DNA of 64,000 bases from Clostridia bacterium (GCA_017521365.1 JAFXCT010000039.1:12433-76432); one strand, 5' to 3'; numbered from the stretch's first letter, positions 41,388-51,731 are shown. The notes: a model not told the origin generated them from the letters alone. Numbers and translations are program-made.

Positions 41388-42917
41388 ATGGCAAGCGTAA
41401 AAGAAAACACAAAGAAGGGTGCCAAGTTCGAGCAGATTGATTACAAGGGCAACCGACGTTACGTCGGCAGGGCAGAAACCGTTGCCTACGTTCTCAACGA
41501 CGCCGCACAGACCCTCAATATCAGCGATTTCTACGAGCGTTATATTTACGACGTAGTTAAAATTGACTTCAACTATCTTGCTCTTCACAATATGATAGCT
41601 ACCGTTTGGGACGTTATCAACGACACCTTTATCGGCGTTATTGTTGAAAGAACAAGAACACGTTGGGGTAAGTTCAAGCCCTATATGATTTTCGGTCAGA
41701 TTCCGCTTATGATAATCGGCCTGTTCTATTGGGTTATTCCGTTTATCTTCCCCGGTGCAGCTTCTACATATCTGCCCAAGCTCCTGTTCTACTCCGTAAT
41801 GATGATGGTTCAGGAAACGGCAGGTACCTTTACAAGCATTGCAAATACGGGCTTTATGACGACCATTACACCAAACCCCGTTGAACGTACAAGGCTTATC
41901 ACGATGGCGCATCTTCTCTCCCACATCTTTGAGGATTTGCCAAAGCAGATTTTCGGTATTCTCTACGACCTTGTTGCAAATAAGGTTGTTGACTGGGAAT
42001 TCCCCAAGCTTTTTGCCGGCTTCGGTCTTGCCTGTGCAATTCTTTCCACAAGCTTTGTTATGTACTTCTTCCTCAAGTCCCGTGAAAGAGTTATGCAGTC
42101 CGTTGAAAGACCCAGCGTTATCCAGGGCCTTAAGGCTATCGTAACGAACAAGCCTGTTCTTATTCAGGTTATCTCCTCGTTCCTCAGCGGCTTCAGCATC
42201 GGCAAGAGCAGAACGAACTTCTATATCGACGTTATCGGCTCAATCACGTGGAAAACAATCGTCGGTATTCCCGCTTTCCCCGTCAAGTTTATCAGCTACA
42301 GCTTCGTTGCTCCGCTTCGTAAGCGCTTCTCCACAAAGGCTCTCTGGATTTTCGAGGACGCCTGGACGGATATGCTGTGGATGATTGTCTTCGGTATAGG
42401 CTCAATCAACAACAACTTTATGAAGAAGCCTATCATTCTTCCCCTTATGGGTATCGAAGAAATCTTCGAAATGTGCGTTTACGGCTTGCGCCGTGTTATT
42501 CCCAACGAAATCGTCAACGAGTCTATGGACTACTGCGAATGGAAAAACGGCTACCGTGCGGAGGCTATGACGGGCGTTGCCCAGTCTATGATAAGCAAGC
42601 TCCAGAACGCAGTTATGGGCAGTATCAACGCTATCGTTATGAAGAAAATCGGCTACCAGCAGGGTCTTGATATCGGTACACAGACCACGAAGACAAAGTG
42701 GTGGATTTTCGCTCTCGGTACCGGTATCCCGATTATCACGAGCAGCCTCGGTATTATTCCGAAGTTCTTCTATCCGCTTAATGCAGATATCCGCAATCAG
42801 ATGTATTCCGAGCTTCAGCAGCGCCGTGACAAGATGGCAGAGATTATGAAGGACGCTACCGCAGAAGAGGCAAAGAAGATTGCCGAAGCGGAAATCAAGG
42901 GCGAATTTATCAAGTAA
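41388..42917 (+). CDS. glycoside-pentoside-hexuronide (GPH) family cation symporter / MFS transporter
   Basis: 509 aa with about 12 TM helices. The N-terminal pattern DFYERYIYDVV...WDVINDTFIGVIVERTRTRWGKFKPY is typical of the GPH family. Confidence 0.8.
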   Translation: MASVKENTKKGAKFEQIDYKGNRRYVGRAETVAYVLNDAAQTLNISDFYERYIYDVVKIDFNYLALHNMIATVWDVINDTFIGVIVERTRTRWGKFKPYMIFGQIPLMIIGLFYWVIPFIFPGAASTYLPKLLFYSVMMMVQETAGTFTSIANTGFMTTITPNPVERTRLITMAHLLSHIFEDLPKQIFGILYDLVANKVVDWEFPKLFAGFGLACAILSTSFVMYFFLKSRERVMQSVERPSVIQGLKAIVTNKPVLIQVISSFLSGFSIGKSRTNFYIDVIGSITWKTIVGIPAFPVKFISYSFVAPLRKRFSTKALWIFEDAWTDMLWMIVFGIGSINNNFMKKPIILPLMGIEEIFEMCVYGLRRVIPNEIVNESMDYCEWKNGYRAEAMTGVAQSMISKLQNAVMGSINAIVMKKIGYQQGLDIGTQTTKTKWWIFALGTGIPIITSSLGIIPKFFYPLNADIRNQMYSELQQRRDKMAEIMKDATAEEAKKIAEAEIKGEFIK

Positions 42918-42936
42918 TCAATATGGTTTTTCTTTT

Positions 42937-42966
42937 AAACTCCCGACTTGCTCGGGAGTTTATTTT
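42937..42966 (+). terminator. intrinsic terminator
   Basis: Stem aaactcccga/tcgggagttt followed by tatttt. Confidence 0.7.
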
Positions 42967-43050
42967 GTATAAAATTCTTTAATTGTCTTGATAAAATCTG
43001 TTTAAAGTGCTAAAATGTTTGTGAAATATTATAAAGATGGGTGATTTGTT

Positions 43051-44340
43051 GTGGATAAATTAAGGCTTGCCGTCTGCCGTACGGATATTACCCCCGAAAT
43101 CGGCGGAAGGCTCTACGGCTACCGTGACGATTTTTACAGCACGGGCATAAACGACAGGCTTTTTGCAACCGCTTTCTGTTTTACATATAACGGCGAAAAA
43201 TCCCTGCTTGTCAGCACGGACGTATGCCTTATCAATACAAAGCTTGCTCACCGTATGAGGGCGGAGATTTCTGCCGACTGCCTGGTTGCCGTCAAGAATA
43301 TAATCTTAACCGCCGTACATACTCACACGGGCCCGAATACCGCAGGCGAAGAGGGCTGGGGTGCAATCGATACCGAATACTGCGAGAGCGTATTTATCCC
43401 CGAAATCAGAAGAATATGCAAAGAAGCGTCTTCACAGGAAGGTACACCCGTAAAGGTCGGCTTTGCTGTAAGCAAAAGCAAGGTCGGTATCAACCGCCGT
43501 GAGCTTTTTGCAAACGGCGATATTGGCTTGGGTCAGAATGAGTGGGGCACCTACGACCCCGATATGACGGTTATCTCCTTTGCCGATTATGAAAACAAGC
43601 CTGTTGCAAATATAATCCATTACGGCGCTCACAATACTGCGGCAGGTCTTTGTCCGCTCATTTCCCGTGACTGGTGCGGTGTAATGTGTGACCGCCTTGA
43701 AGCGTTAAGCGGCTGTCCGAGCGTTTATTTCAACGGCTGTGAGGGCGATGTCGGCCCGAGGCTGACCAACGGCCAGACGGTAGGGGATATCAACTACGCA
43801 ATGGAGCACGGTGCCGTTGCCGCAAACGATGCGGTAAATACATACAAAATGATTAAGGAATACCACACAGCCGATATGAAGGCTGTGCAGGCTGATATAG
43901 ATATTCCGCTGGATAAACGTGTGCCGCTTGAAAAGGCAAGGGAAGAATACGAAAAATACAAATCGGCAGTTTACAATATCGACAGACAGACCGCCGTTTA
44001 TTACGAAAGAGTTATTAAGGCTTGGGAAGACGGCGTACCCGAAGAAAAAATCAAAACGCTTTCAATCAGCGTTCTGCGTATTGCAAACCTTAATTTTATA
44101 GCTTTCCCGTATGAAATGTTTTCCGAAATATCGCTAAGACTCAAGAAAAGCTGCAAAAACAGCCGTATACTGTGCCTTAGCAACGCCAACGGAAACGACA
44201 GCTATTTCCCATCGCAGGACCAGATGTGCCGCGGCGGCTACGAGGTCAATATGTTCAAAACGGCAGGCAGTCAGCCTATGGTGAACGATGCCGACAATTA
44301 TCTTGTAACCGCACTTGCAAAAGCATTGGAGGAGATGTGA
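43051..44340 (+). CDS. neutral/alkaline ceramidase N-terminal-domain-like hydrolase
   Basis: 429 aa with a GTG start. The N-terminus LAVCRTDITPEIGGRLYGY...DRLFATAF and TAVHTHTGP resemble this family; the call is from memory of the family pattern. Confidence 0.55.
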   Translation: MDKLRLAVCRTDITPEIGGRLYGYRDDFYSTGINDRLFATAFCFTYNGEKSLLVSTDVCLINTKLAHRMRAEISADCLVAVKNIILTAVHTHTGPNTAGEEGWGAIDTEYCESVFIPEIRRICKEASSQEGTPVKVGFAVSKSKVGINRRELFANGDIGLGQNEWGTYDPDMTVISFADYENKPVANIIHYGAHNTAAGLCPLISRDWCGVMCDRLEALSGCPSVYFNGCEGDVGPRLTNGQTVGDINYAMEHGAVAANDAVNTYKMIKEYHTADMKAVQADIDIPLDKRVPLEKAREEYEKYKSAVYNIDRQTAVYYERVIKAWEDGVPEEKIKTLSISVLRIANLNFIAFPYEMFSEISLRLKKSCKNSRILCLSNANGNDSYFPSQDQMCRGGYEVNMFKTAGSQPMVNDADNYLVTALAKALEEM

Positions 44341-44343
44341 TTT

Positions 44344-45504
44344 ATGTACAGAATAGGACAGGAAGAAATTGATGCGGTCAAAACCGTAATTGAAACGAAG
44401 GACTTTTTCAAGGTCAACGGCTCTTTGCAGTCCTGCTATAAACTTGAAGAAGCGCTTAAAAACCGTTTCGGTGTAAACCACGCTTCTTTTGTAACCTCGG
44501 GCTTCGGTGCACTTGTAAGTGCGCTTATCGGTTTCGGTATCGGCCCGGGTGATGAGGTTATAGTCCCGGCTTACACCTATATTGCAACGGCTATGGCGGT
44601 AGTCAATGTCGGCGCAATTCCCGTTATAGCCGAAATTGATGAAACGCTCGGCCTTGACCCCGACGATTTTGAAAAGAAAATCAGCAAATACACAAAGGCG
44701 GTAATTCCCGTGCATATGCAAGGTATGCCTTGTAATATGGACAGAATATGCGAAATTGCTGCTAAGCACGGCATTAAGGTGCTCGAGGATGCCTGCCAGG
44801 CAAACGGTGCTTCCTTCGGCGGTAAGCTTCTCGGCTCAATCGGCGATGCAGGTGCGCTCAGCTTCAATTTCTTTAAAATCATTTCCTGCGGCGAGGGCGG
44901 TGCGCTTCTCACCAAGGACAGCAGTATTTACGAAAAAGCGTGCATCTATCAGGACAGCTCTGCAATAGCCTATTTCGGTGACCAGATGAACGGCTTTTCA
45001 CAGCTTTCTTTCTGCGGCAACGAGTACCGAGGCAACGAAATTCTTGCCGCAATTATGTGCTGTCAGCTCGAAAAGCTCGACTCAATTGTTGCCGACCTTC
45101 GCAGGAATAAAGCAAAGCTGCTTTCGCTTCTCGGCGATGTCTGCGTAGCTCCCTCAAACGATTCGGACGGCGACTGCGGAATACAGATTCCATTCCGCTT
45201 TGATACCTACGAAAAAGCAAAGGCTTTCTCCGAAAAGACGGGGCAGATGCTTCTTTACAACTGCGGCAAGCACGTCTATTACGACTGGGCACCGATTATG
45301 GAAAAGAGGGGAGCGGCACACGAGCTGATGAATCCCTATAATATGCCGGCGAACAAGGACCTCAACCACAACTATTCGCCTGATATGTGCCCAAAATCGC
45401 TTGATTTGCTCAAACGTACGGTCACCTACGGTATTTCACCTGACTGGACCGATGAGGAAATTGAAGCAACAGCAGAAAAAATCAAGTCAATACTCAACAG
45501 TTGA
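44344..45504 (+). CDS. DegT/DnrJ/EryC1/StrS family PLP-dependent aminotransferase-like protein
   Basis: 386 aa with GDEVIVPAYTY and FNFFKIISCGEGG (putative PLP lysine). It starts 3 nt after the upstream stop. Confidence 0.8.
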   Translation: MYRIGQEEIDAVKTVIETKDFFKVNGSLQSCYKLEEALKNRFGVNHASFVTSGFGALVSALIGFGIGPGDEVIVPAYTYIATAMAVVNVGAIPVIAEIDETLGLDPDDFEKKISKYTKAVIPVHMQGMPCNMDRICEIAAKHGIKVLEDACQANGASFGGKLLGSIGDAGALSFNFFKIISCGEGGALLTKDSSIYEKACIYQDSSAIAYFGDQMNGFSQLSFCGNEYRGNEILAAIMCCQLEKLDSIVADLRRNKAKLLSLLGDVCVAPSNDSDGDCGIQIPFRFDTYEKAKAFSEKTGQMLLYNCGKHVYYDWAPIMEKRGAAHELMNPYNMPANKDLNHNYSPDMCPKSLDLLKRTVTYGISPDWTDEEIEATAEKIKSILNS

Positions 45505-45532
45505 TAAAAAATAATAACGGAGGTAAACGGTT

Positions 45533-47032
45533 ATGTCATCAACACTCAAAAAAGCTATTTCTCTTATTCTCGCAGCAACCTTTATTTGTCTCACGTTTAT
45601 TCCCGCAACGGCGGCGGATGAGAAAAACTACGTGATTGACAACCCCTATGAGGAAATCAATTGGGATACGTGGGGCGAGTACAAAACTCAGCTTCACTGC
45701 CACACAAACGCTTCCGACGGCTTCCTCACAATTGAGGAATTCGTGCAGATGCACTATGCAGCAGACTTCGATATCGTTGCCCTTACCGACCACGGCACGA
45801 TAAACCAGGGCTGGAACAAGGTTCCCGAAACAGTTCCGCTTATGCGCCTTATCAAGAAGGAACGCACCAATATGGCACCAATAATCCCGATTCCGCAGGA
45901 GGATTACGAGGCATATCTCGATGGTACCTATGCCGATAAGAGCTATACCACCAAGGACGGCTACACAATCACGAGAACTAAAGAAAATGGTATGCTCGAC
46001 GTGCCCAAGGGCATTGAGCTGAATATGGCAACACCCGTTGCCGACTGCCACCTCACGGGCTATTTTTCCGATTACGGCCAGGGTCTTGCAGGCGTTTTCG
46101 GCGACTATGAAACACCCTCCCGAGGTGTTGCTGAAGACGGCGGTATTTCCTACCTTTCCCACGTAGGCGAGTACGTTTATACCGATAAGGATTCTCAGAA
46201 CTATGTCGGTCAGCCCGTGGACGATTACTATGCCAACAAGTTCGCAAGAATTTTCCTCGATTATCCCGGCTCATCTCTCGGTATGGGCATTAACAGCGCA
46301 ACGGATGCACACACTCGCTGTGACAGAATTCTTTACGACCAGATTCTGCAGAAGACCATTCCCAACGGTGTCGTACCGTGGGGCAATACCTTTGCCGACT
46401 CCCACAACGAAAACGCCGTAAACGATGCTTACACAATGACCTGGATGCCCGAATTCACAATGGACGCCTTCCGTGAGTCACAGGAAAACGGCTGGTATTT
46501 CAGCATTTCTCACTACTCAAACGGCGTTGAGCTCAACGGTATGGAGGAAATGCCCGGCTTTGTTGAGCAGGACGTTTACGACACAAAGAGCTACTGGCTT
46601 GACAATACACCCGGTGTTACAAAAATAACCGTTGACCAGGAAAACGATACTATCACCGTATGGGGTGAAAACGCAAACATCATCACTTGGGTTTCAAACG
46701 GCAACGTTATCGAAAGAACCGAACTCAATGCGGACGGCTCCGCAACGCTCGACCTTCACAGCGATGAGCTTCTCGACGAGCCATATCTCTACGTGCGTTT
46801 CTACCTTTCGGGCGATAACGGCATCTGCTACTCACAGCCTATGGTGCTCAACGTTGAGGGCGAGGAATTTGCACCCGTAGACGTTCCCGAAACACACGAT
46901 ATTTCAACCTTCCTCCGCGGTCTTGTAACCGTTATTGATATTGCATTTTTCAGACTGAATCCCATTATTTGGGCTTTCAAGTATTTTGGTCTCGGCTATA
47001 ACCCGATTGTAAGAATTTTTGACAAACCATAA
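45533..47032 (+). CDS. exported PHP-domain phosphoesterase-like protein
   Basis: 499 aa with a signal peptide, HCHTNASDG ... ALTDHGT (PHP-type His/Asp motifs) and a hydrophobic C-terminus. Confidence 0.55.
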   Translation: MSSTLKKAISLILAATFICLTFIPATAADEKNYVIDNPYEEINWDTWGEYKTQLHCHTNASDGFLTIEEFVQMHYAADFDIVALTDHGTINQGWNKVPETVPLMRLIKKERTNMAPIIPIPQEDYEAYLDGTYADKSYTTKDGYTITRTKENGMLDVPKGIELNMATPVADCHLTGYFSDYGQGLAGVFGDYETPSRGVAEDGGISYLSHVGEYVYTDKDSQNYVGQPVDDYYANKFARIFLDYPGSSLGMGINSATDAHTRCDRILYDQILQKTIPNGVVPWGNTFADSHNENAVNDAYTMTWMPEFTMDAFRESQENGWYFSISHYSNGVELNGMEEMPGFVEQDVYDTKSYWLDNTPGVTKITVDQENDTITVWGENANIITWVSNGNVIERTELNADGSATLDLHSDELLDEPYLYVRFYLSGDNGICYSQPMVLNVEGEEFAPVDVPETHDISTFLRGLVTVIDIAFFRLNPIIWAFKYFGLGYNPIVRIFDKP

Positions 47033-47046
47033 ACGTTAAAAGCACA

Positions 47047-47089
47047 AAGACCTTTGCTTCAACCGTGAAGCAAAGGTCTTTATCTTTTT
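47047..47089 (+). terminator. intrinsic terminator
   Basis: 15-bp stem aaagacctttgcttc/gaagcaaaggtcttt followed by a T-run. Confidence 0.75.
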
Positions 47090-47198
47090 ATCTCACTTAC
47101 AAATTTTTTGAAACTGAAAATAAAATGTTGTAAGTTTTTATGGAGTTTTTTCGTTAAGTATTATGAAGATTATTTAGTCATGTGCTAGGGTTTAGAAA

Positions 47199-47480
47199 TT
47201 ATAACGAGTTTATAAATTTAATAAGAAGCTCTTTTTGTTCAGGTGTCAGCTTTGAAACAGCCTGTCCAAACTCATCCTGCGGTTCGTCGGTGTTGAAAAA
47301 ATCCTTAAGGGTTATTCCAAGTCCGAAGCAAATGTATTCGAGATATTCTACGGTGGGCTGCTTGTTGTTAAGCTCAATGTCACGAAGGTAGCTTTGTGAA
47401 ACTCCGCTTATGTTGGCGAGCTTGTTTACCGTTATATTTTTCCTTTCACGAAAGTACCTGATTCGTGCACCTATATCCAT
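47199..47480 (-). CDS. XRE family helix-turn-helix transcriptional regulator
   Basis: 93 aa; IRYFRERKNITVNKLANISGVSQSYLRDIE is a classic HTH_3 pattern. Confidence 0.9.
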   Translation of the reverse strand: MDIGARIRYFRERKNITVNKLANISGVSQSYLRDIELNNKQPTVEYLEYICFGLGITLKDFFNTDEPQDEFGQAVSKLTPEQKELLIKFINSL

Positions 47481-47624
47481 AGTTTATCACCTGTCACACA
47501 AAATTAATTCTATAGTTATAACATTAACAAAAAATGTGGTGTTAAATTACAACTAAAGTGTTGACAAGTTATAATCATAGTGATAATATCAAATCAAGGA
47601 AAGAGAATTCAAAGGGGTGAAATG

Positions 47625-48950
47625 TTATGATCTGAACGCTGATGTGTACATATCTGCCCATTTTTTTACAGCCTTTTCGTTCCATACGGGTGGCATAGCG
47701 GCACAAGCTGCCACAACCTTTGCAATTGATGCTCCGCAGCCGAGTATCTTTTTAAGCAGGGTAGGGTATTTGATTACCTGTAAGCCCTTATTAAGAAGGT
47801 CGGGTACATCGAATTTAAACAGGTCGGTAAGTGCTGTGAAGTTTGCCGTCATTGTAATGTTATCTTCGTTGAGCATTCCCGAATTGAAGCAGTAATCAAG
47901 CTCTACGGGCTCAAGAGTGAGAAGCAGGAATTTGACACATTCAAGCGGTGCAAGCCCTGCGCCGAGCGCACGGTAATATTTAACCTGGTAATTCCACAGT
48001 GAAGCGGCTGAATATGTACCGTTCTCGTCGTTGATTACGGTGTCAGAAAGAATTTTTGCTGCCTTGAGCGAGTTGGCTATGCCAGAGCCGATAAGCGGCA
48101 CGGTCATAAATGCGCTGTCACCGATTGCGGCGTAGCCGTCGGCAACCATTACGGACAGGGGATGTCTTACGGGTATTTCAACAAACTGTCCGCCTCGGAC
48201 AATTTTCGTTCCGAGTCTGGGGCACTTTGTCCGCAGGAAATCGGCAAATGCGTTTACCTCGTCAAGGTCAAATTCTTCAAATCTGCCTATAAGCAGGTCT
48301 GTGTGCTCTTCCTCGCTTGCAACCCAGCTTACGCCGAGTCTGTCACCCTCAAGCAGCATAACACGGAATTTTGCTTCAACCTCTTCGTCGGAGGCTTTGT
48401 TGTAAAACGCACGGAAGATAGTGATTTTTTCTTTTCTTGCTATTTCGTTTTCAATGCCAAATTCATCGGGCAGATTGCGCCTGACGGGTGAATTCATACC
48501 GCAGGAATCAATAACAAGGTCGGCGTATTGCTCGCCGTTTGAAGTGTTAATGCCTACTACACGCCTGCCTTCGACAATGGGGGAAAGCACCTCGCAGCCG
48601 TATTCAATCTTTACGCCGCAGTTAACAGCGTGGTTTATAAGGTGCTCGTAAATATCCCGACGCTCCATCTTGATTTCAAGCTCATTATGCGGCACCTGCT
48701 GTTCAAGTCCTCTTTTTGCGTTGGGAGAAAAGAAGGTCATATTCTCCTTGAATTCGTACTTGCTTCTCGGCGGCATCGGAATTTCGGCAATCCCAAGCGC
48801 TGCAGGAGCAAAAATATCGGTCCAGTCGTAGCCGAGGGTGCCCTGTTCCTTTTTCTCAAAAACGGTTACGTCAAATCCGTTTTTTGCAAGCAAGGCTGCC
48901 GCCGCAATTCCGCCGTGGCCAAGTCCTGCAACAATAATTTTTCTGCTCAT
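47625..48950 (-). CDS. FAD/NAD(P)-dependent oxidoreductase (geranylgeranyl-reductase-like)
   Basis: 441 aa with N-terminal IIVAGLGHGGIAAA (GxGxxG) followed by FEKK. RBS GGGAGG. Confidence 0.75.
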   Translation of the reverse strand: MSRKIIVAGLGHGGIAAAALLAKNGFDVTVFEKKEQGTLGYDWTDIFAPAALGIAEIPMPPRSKYEFKENMTFFSPNAKRGLEQQVPHNELEIKMERRDIYEHLINHAVNCGVKIEYGCEVLSPIVEGRRVVGINTSNGEQYADLVIDSCGMNSPVRRNLPDEFGIENEIARKEKITIFRAFYNKASDEEVEAKFRVMLLEGDRLGVSWVASEEEHTDLLIGRFEEFDLDEVNAFADFLRTKCPRLGTKIVRGGQFVEIPVRHPLSVMVADGYAAIGDSAFMTVPLIGSGIANSLKAAKILSDTVINDENGTYSAASLWNYQVKYYRALGAGLAPLECVKFLLLTLEPVELDYCFNSGMLNEDNITMTANFTALTDLFKFDVPDLLNKGLQVIKYPTLLKKILGCGASIAKVVAACAAMPPVWNEKAVKKWADMYTSAFRS

Positions 48951-49146
48951 ATATTTTACCTCCCGTATTATCTTCTTAAATATTAACCTTTGCTGCGGTA
49001 AATTTCAAGTGAAATTATTTTAAAGTACGGCAAACTTAATTATTTATTAATACTTGTTTCTAAAATCGAAATATACTTCTTTTCCGATGTGTTAATCTAA
49101 AATTGACGGAAATATTTTCCGCCTAAAAAATAAAGGAGAAAAAATT

Positions 49147-50421
49147 ATGAAAAAGTTCAAAATCGGTTTATCGTTGCTTATGTCCCTTGTAATGGTCTTT
49201 TCCGTTTTCAGCTTCGGTGCCTTTGCGGCAGCCGATACGGAAATTGACACAATTGAGCTGAATTTCAACGCAAAGCCCGGCGACAGCTTTGAGGACTGGG
49301 CAGAGCAGCTTTCAATTCAGACCGAAGGCATAGCCGTTTCCGAAACAATGGAAGAGTACGGCTTAGGCGTTCTCGTAATCGGCGAAGACGAAATGATTAC
49401 CGGCACTTATGAAATGGGCGAAACCTATTTAATTACAATCTGCCTTGAGCCTAAGGACGGCTATTCATTCCCAGACAGCGCAGAAGAATTTGAATCCGTT
49501 ACCGTCAACGGCGAGCCTGCGGAAGTAATGGTAGAAAGTGCACAGGTTCTTACTGTTAAAATTACCGTTACCGCAGTTATATACGAGCTCGTTATCGGCG
49601 GCACGATAGAAAGCGTTGATGCTTCACTCAATATCTACGGCGATATGGCTGTTTCCGATTGGTACAGATACCTTAAAATCAATTCGCAGGGTATCGAAGC
49701 TCTGTACGGTGAGGCAGATACAGTTCGTGCATACGATAAGGACGGCAACCCCGTAATCGGCAAGTTCGTTTCGGGCGAGGAATACACCGTAGAACTGTGG
49801 CTTACAGCCAAGAAAAACTGCGAGTTCAAAAAGAACGAAGCAGGCGAGGCTGCGCTTGACAGCGTAAAGCTGAGCGGAAACGATGTTGATTATACGCTTG
49901 GTACATACGAGTATGAAGATACTCAGTACGAGTACATCAAGCTCGAAACAACAGTAACCGCAAAAGAGCCCAAGTACATCGAAAGCGTTGACGTTACTCT
50001 GCGTGAAAACCTTGAGGGTATGCCCGTTTATGATTGGCAGAACTACGTTACAATCAACACGGAGGGTCTTTCCTTCCTTGGCGAAGATTACTATTCCGTA
50101 GAGGTTTACGATTACTTCGGCAACTTCGTTTACGACAGCTTTGAGCAGGGCAATATCTACAACATATTTATTTATATGACCCCCGAAGAAGGCTATTTCT
50201 TACCTCATCAGGAACGCCTTGAAACCGTAACGCTCAACGGCCGTCAGCTTAGCGACGATGAAGTTTTCTATTACGAGGACTACGAAACCGGTGCGGTATA
50301 TATGGAAATTTACACTCAGGTTGATATGGTCGGCGACGGCATCTGGGCACAGATTATGTTCTTCTTCCAGAAGCTTACATATTGGTTCCAGAGCCTGTTC
50401 TTCGGCTTCATTCTCTTCTGA
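49147..50421 (+). CDS. exported repeat protein with a C-terminal hydrophobic anchor, function unknown
   Basis: 424 aa with a signal peptide. Three roughly 125-aa internal repeats begin IDTIELNF / IESVDASL / IESVDVTL. The tail is IWAQIMFFFQKLTYWFQSLFFGFILF. Confidence 0.5.
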   Translation: MKKFKIGLSLLMSLVMVFSVFSFGAFAAADTEIDTIELNFNAKPGDSFEDWAEQLSIQTEGIAVSETMEEYGLGVLVIGEDEMITGTYEMGETYLITICLEPKDGYSFPDSAEEFESVTVNGEPAEVMVESAQVLTVKITVTAVIYELVIGGTIESVDASLNIYGDMAVSDWYRYLKINSQGIEALYGEADTVRAYDKDGNPVIGKFVSGEEYTVELWLTAKKNCEFKKNEAGEAALDSVKLSGNDVDYTLGTYEYEDTQYEYIKLETTVTAKEPKYIESVDVTLRENLEGMPVYDWQNYVTINTEGLSFLGEDYYSVEVYDYFGNFVYDSFEQGNIYNIFIYMTPEEGYFLPHQERLETVTLNGRQLSDDEVFYYEDYETGAVYMEIYTQVDMVGDGIWAQIMFFFQKLTYWFQSLFFGFILF

Positions 50422-50448
50422 TTTTAAAATTCAATAGCGCATAAAATT

Positions 50449-50473
50449 AACGGCAGGGCTTGACCCTGCCGTT
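50449..50473. terminator. bidirectional terminator between convergent genes
   Basis: aacggcaggg cttg accctgccgtt. Confidence 0.6.
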
Positions 50474-50492
50474 GTTTGTTGTTGTAGTTTTA

Positions 50493-51731
50493 TCAGTCGA
50501 TTTCGCCGAAAGCCTTCTGTACTGCGTAATATGCAGGCTTCGGGTTGCCCTCGTAATCAACGATACCCCATTTTGTTTCTACGGGGCATTCGTTCTGGCC
50601 GCATACGTAGCACCTGCCGTTGTCCTGCCATTCGTAAACAAATGCACCGATAACGTAATCAAGGTTTTCGATTTTGGGAATGATGTACTCGTAGAATTTT
50701 GCCTGACCCTCTACCGTGTGCTCAAAGCCGTAGAGACCGATTCCCTCTGCAAGCTCGCAGTAAATGTGGTTGCTGTATTCGCCGTCAAAAAGGAGAGCGC
50801 CTTTTTCCTCCGCACTCAGGTCGGCGTAGAATTCGTCGAATTCCTCCTTGATGTCGGGCGGAAGCTGTGCAATGAAATTGTCAATATCCGCAATTGCTTC
50901 CTTTTCGCTTGAATAGCCGTAGCCTTCAAGAATTTCCTTCTTTTCTGCGGCACTCTTCGGCTCACCGAGTCCGATATAGCCGAATTCGCACATCATTACG
51001 GGCTTGCCCGTGGCAAAGCGCACGTATTTGAGAGCCGTCAGGTACATATCTGCGTTTTTGGTTATGTTTTCAAAGCAGCCGAGATATACGTCAATTCCTA
51101 CGTAATCGCAGTATTGGTGGTATTCCCTCATAAGTCCCGGCAGCTGGAGCATTGCCTGTGCACAAAGGTTGTAGCCGGTAATTATATCGCCCTTGACGGG
51201 GTACATAGCTTCAAGCTGAATACCGATGAATCTTGCCGCCTCTTCAAGCGTAAGCGGCTCTGTGAAGCGGTCAACACCCATTTCATTGGTAATCTGATAA
51301 GCATCAACTATACCCTTGAGGTCTTCAAGATAGAAAAGTGCAATTTCCTTTATCTTTTCCTCGTTTTCGGGGTTTCTCGGGTCAAGGCCGACTGCAATAT
51401 AGTCATCGGGGTAGGGGGTAACGCCCATAATGCGAATGCCGTTATCCACGTATTCCTGCATTTCCGCTTTCCAGTAGTCGTAATAAAAATTGCGGCTGCC
51501 GTCGGGAGCTATGGGAATGGGGATATCCTCACGCAGCCATTCAATGTTTGCTCCCGTGATAAGCTCGTACTCGCGGTCTGTGTGGCAGATACCCTTCATA
51601 AAGCCGCCTACCTTTTCTTCAACAGCGGCTACCTCCTTGTCGAAGGGTGCTGTAGGGTCGGTCAGTATAAGATTGGCAAGGGGAGTAAGCACAGCCAGAA
51701 TAAAGCCGACGATGGACATTAAAATATTCAT
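50493..51731 (-). CDS. membrane-anchored clan GH-A-like TIM-barrel protein with a CxxCGQNxCP motif (paralogue of 35013..36257)
   Basis: ATG at 51731 is preferred (ACGGAG RBS 8 nt upstream) over GTG at 51740. It has an N-terminal TM helix, then ITNEMG, MCEFGY and CYVCGQNECPVETKWGIVDYEGNPKPAYYAV. Confidence 0.55.
   Translation of the reverse strand: MNILMSIVGFILAVLTPLANLILTDPTAPFDKEVAAVEEKVGGFMKGICHTDREYELITGANIEWLREDIPIPIAPDGSRNFYYDYWKAEMQEYVDNGIRIMGVTPYPDDYIAVGLDPRNPENEEKIKEIALFYLEDLKGIVDAYQITNEMGVDRFTEPLTLEEAARFIGIQLEAMYPVKGDIITGYNLCAQAMLQLPGLMREYHQYCDYVGIDVYLGCFENITKNADMYLTALKYVRFATGKPVMMCEFGYIGLGEPKSAAEKKEILEGYGYSSEKEAIADIDNFIAQLPPDIKEEFDEFYADLSAEEKGALLFDGEYSNHIYCELAEGIGLYGFEHTVEGQAKFYEYIIPKIENLDYVIGAFVYEWQDNGRCYVCGQNECPVETKWGIVDYEGNPKPAYYAVQKAFGEID

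Noticed and set aside
47617-47895. 92-aa plus-strand ORF downstream of the plus-strand promoter-like element, antisense to the FAD oxidoreductase.
   Set aside because: The GTG start overlaps its only purine-rich stretch, leaving no spacing. It lies wholly antisense to a good gene and has a hydrophobic low-information sequence.
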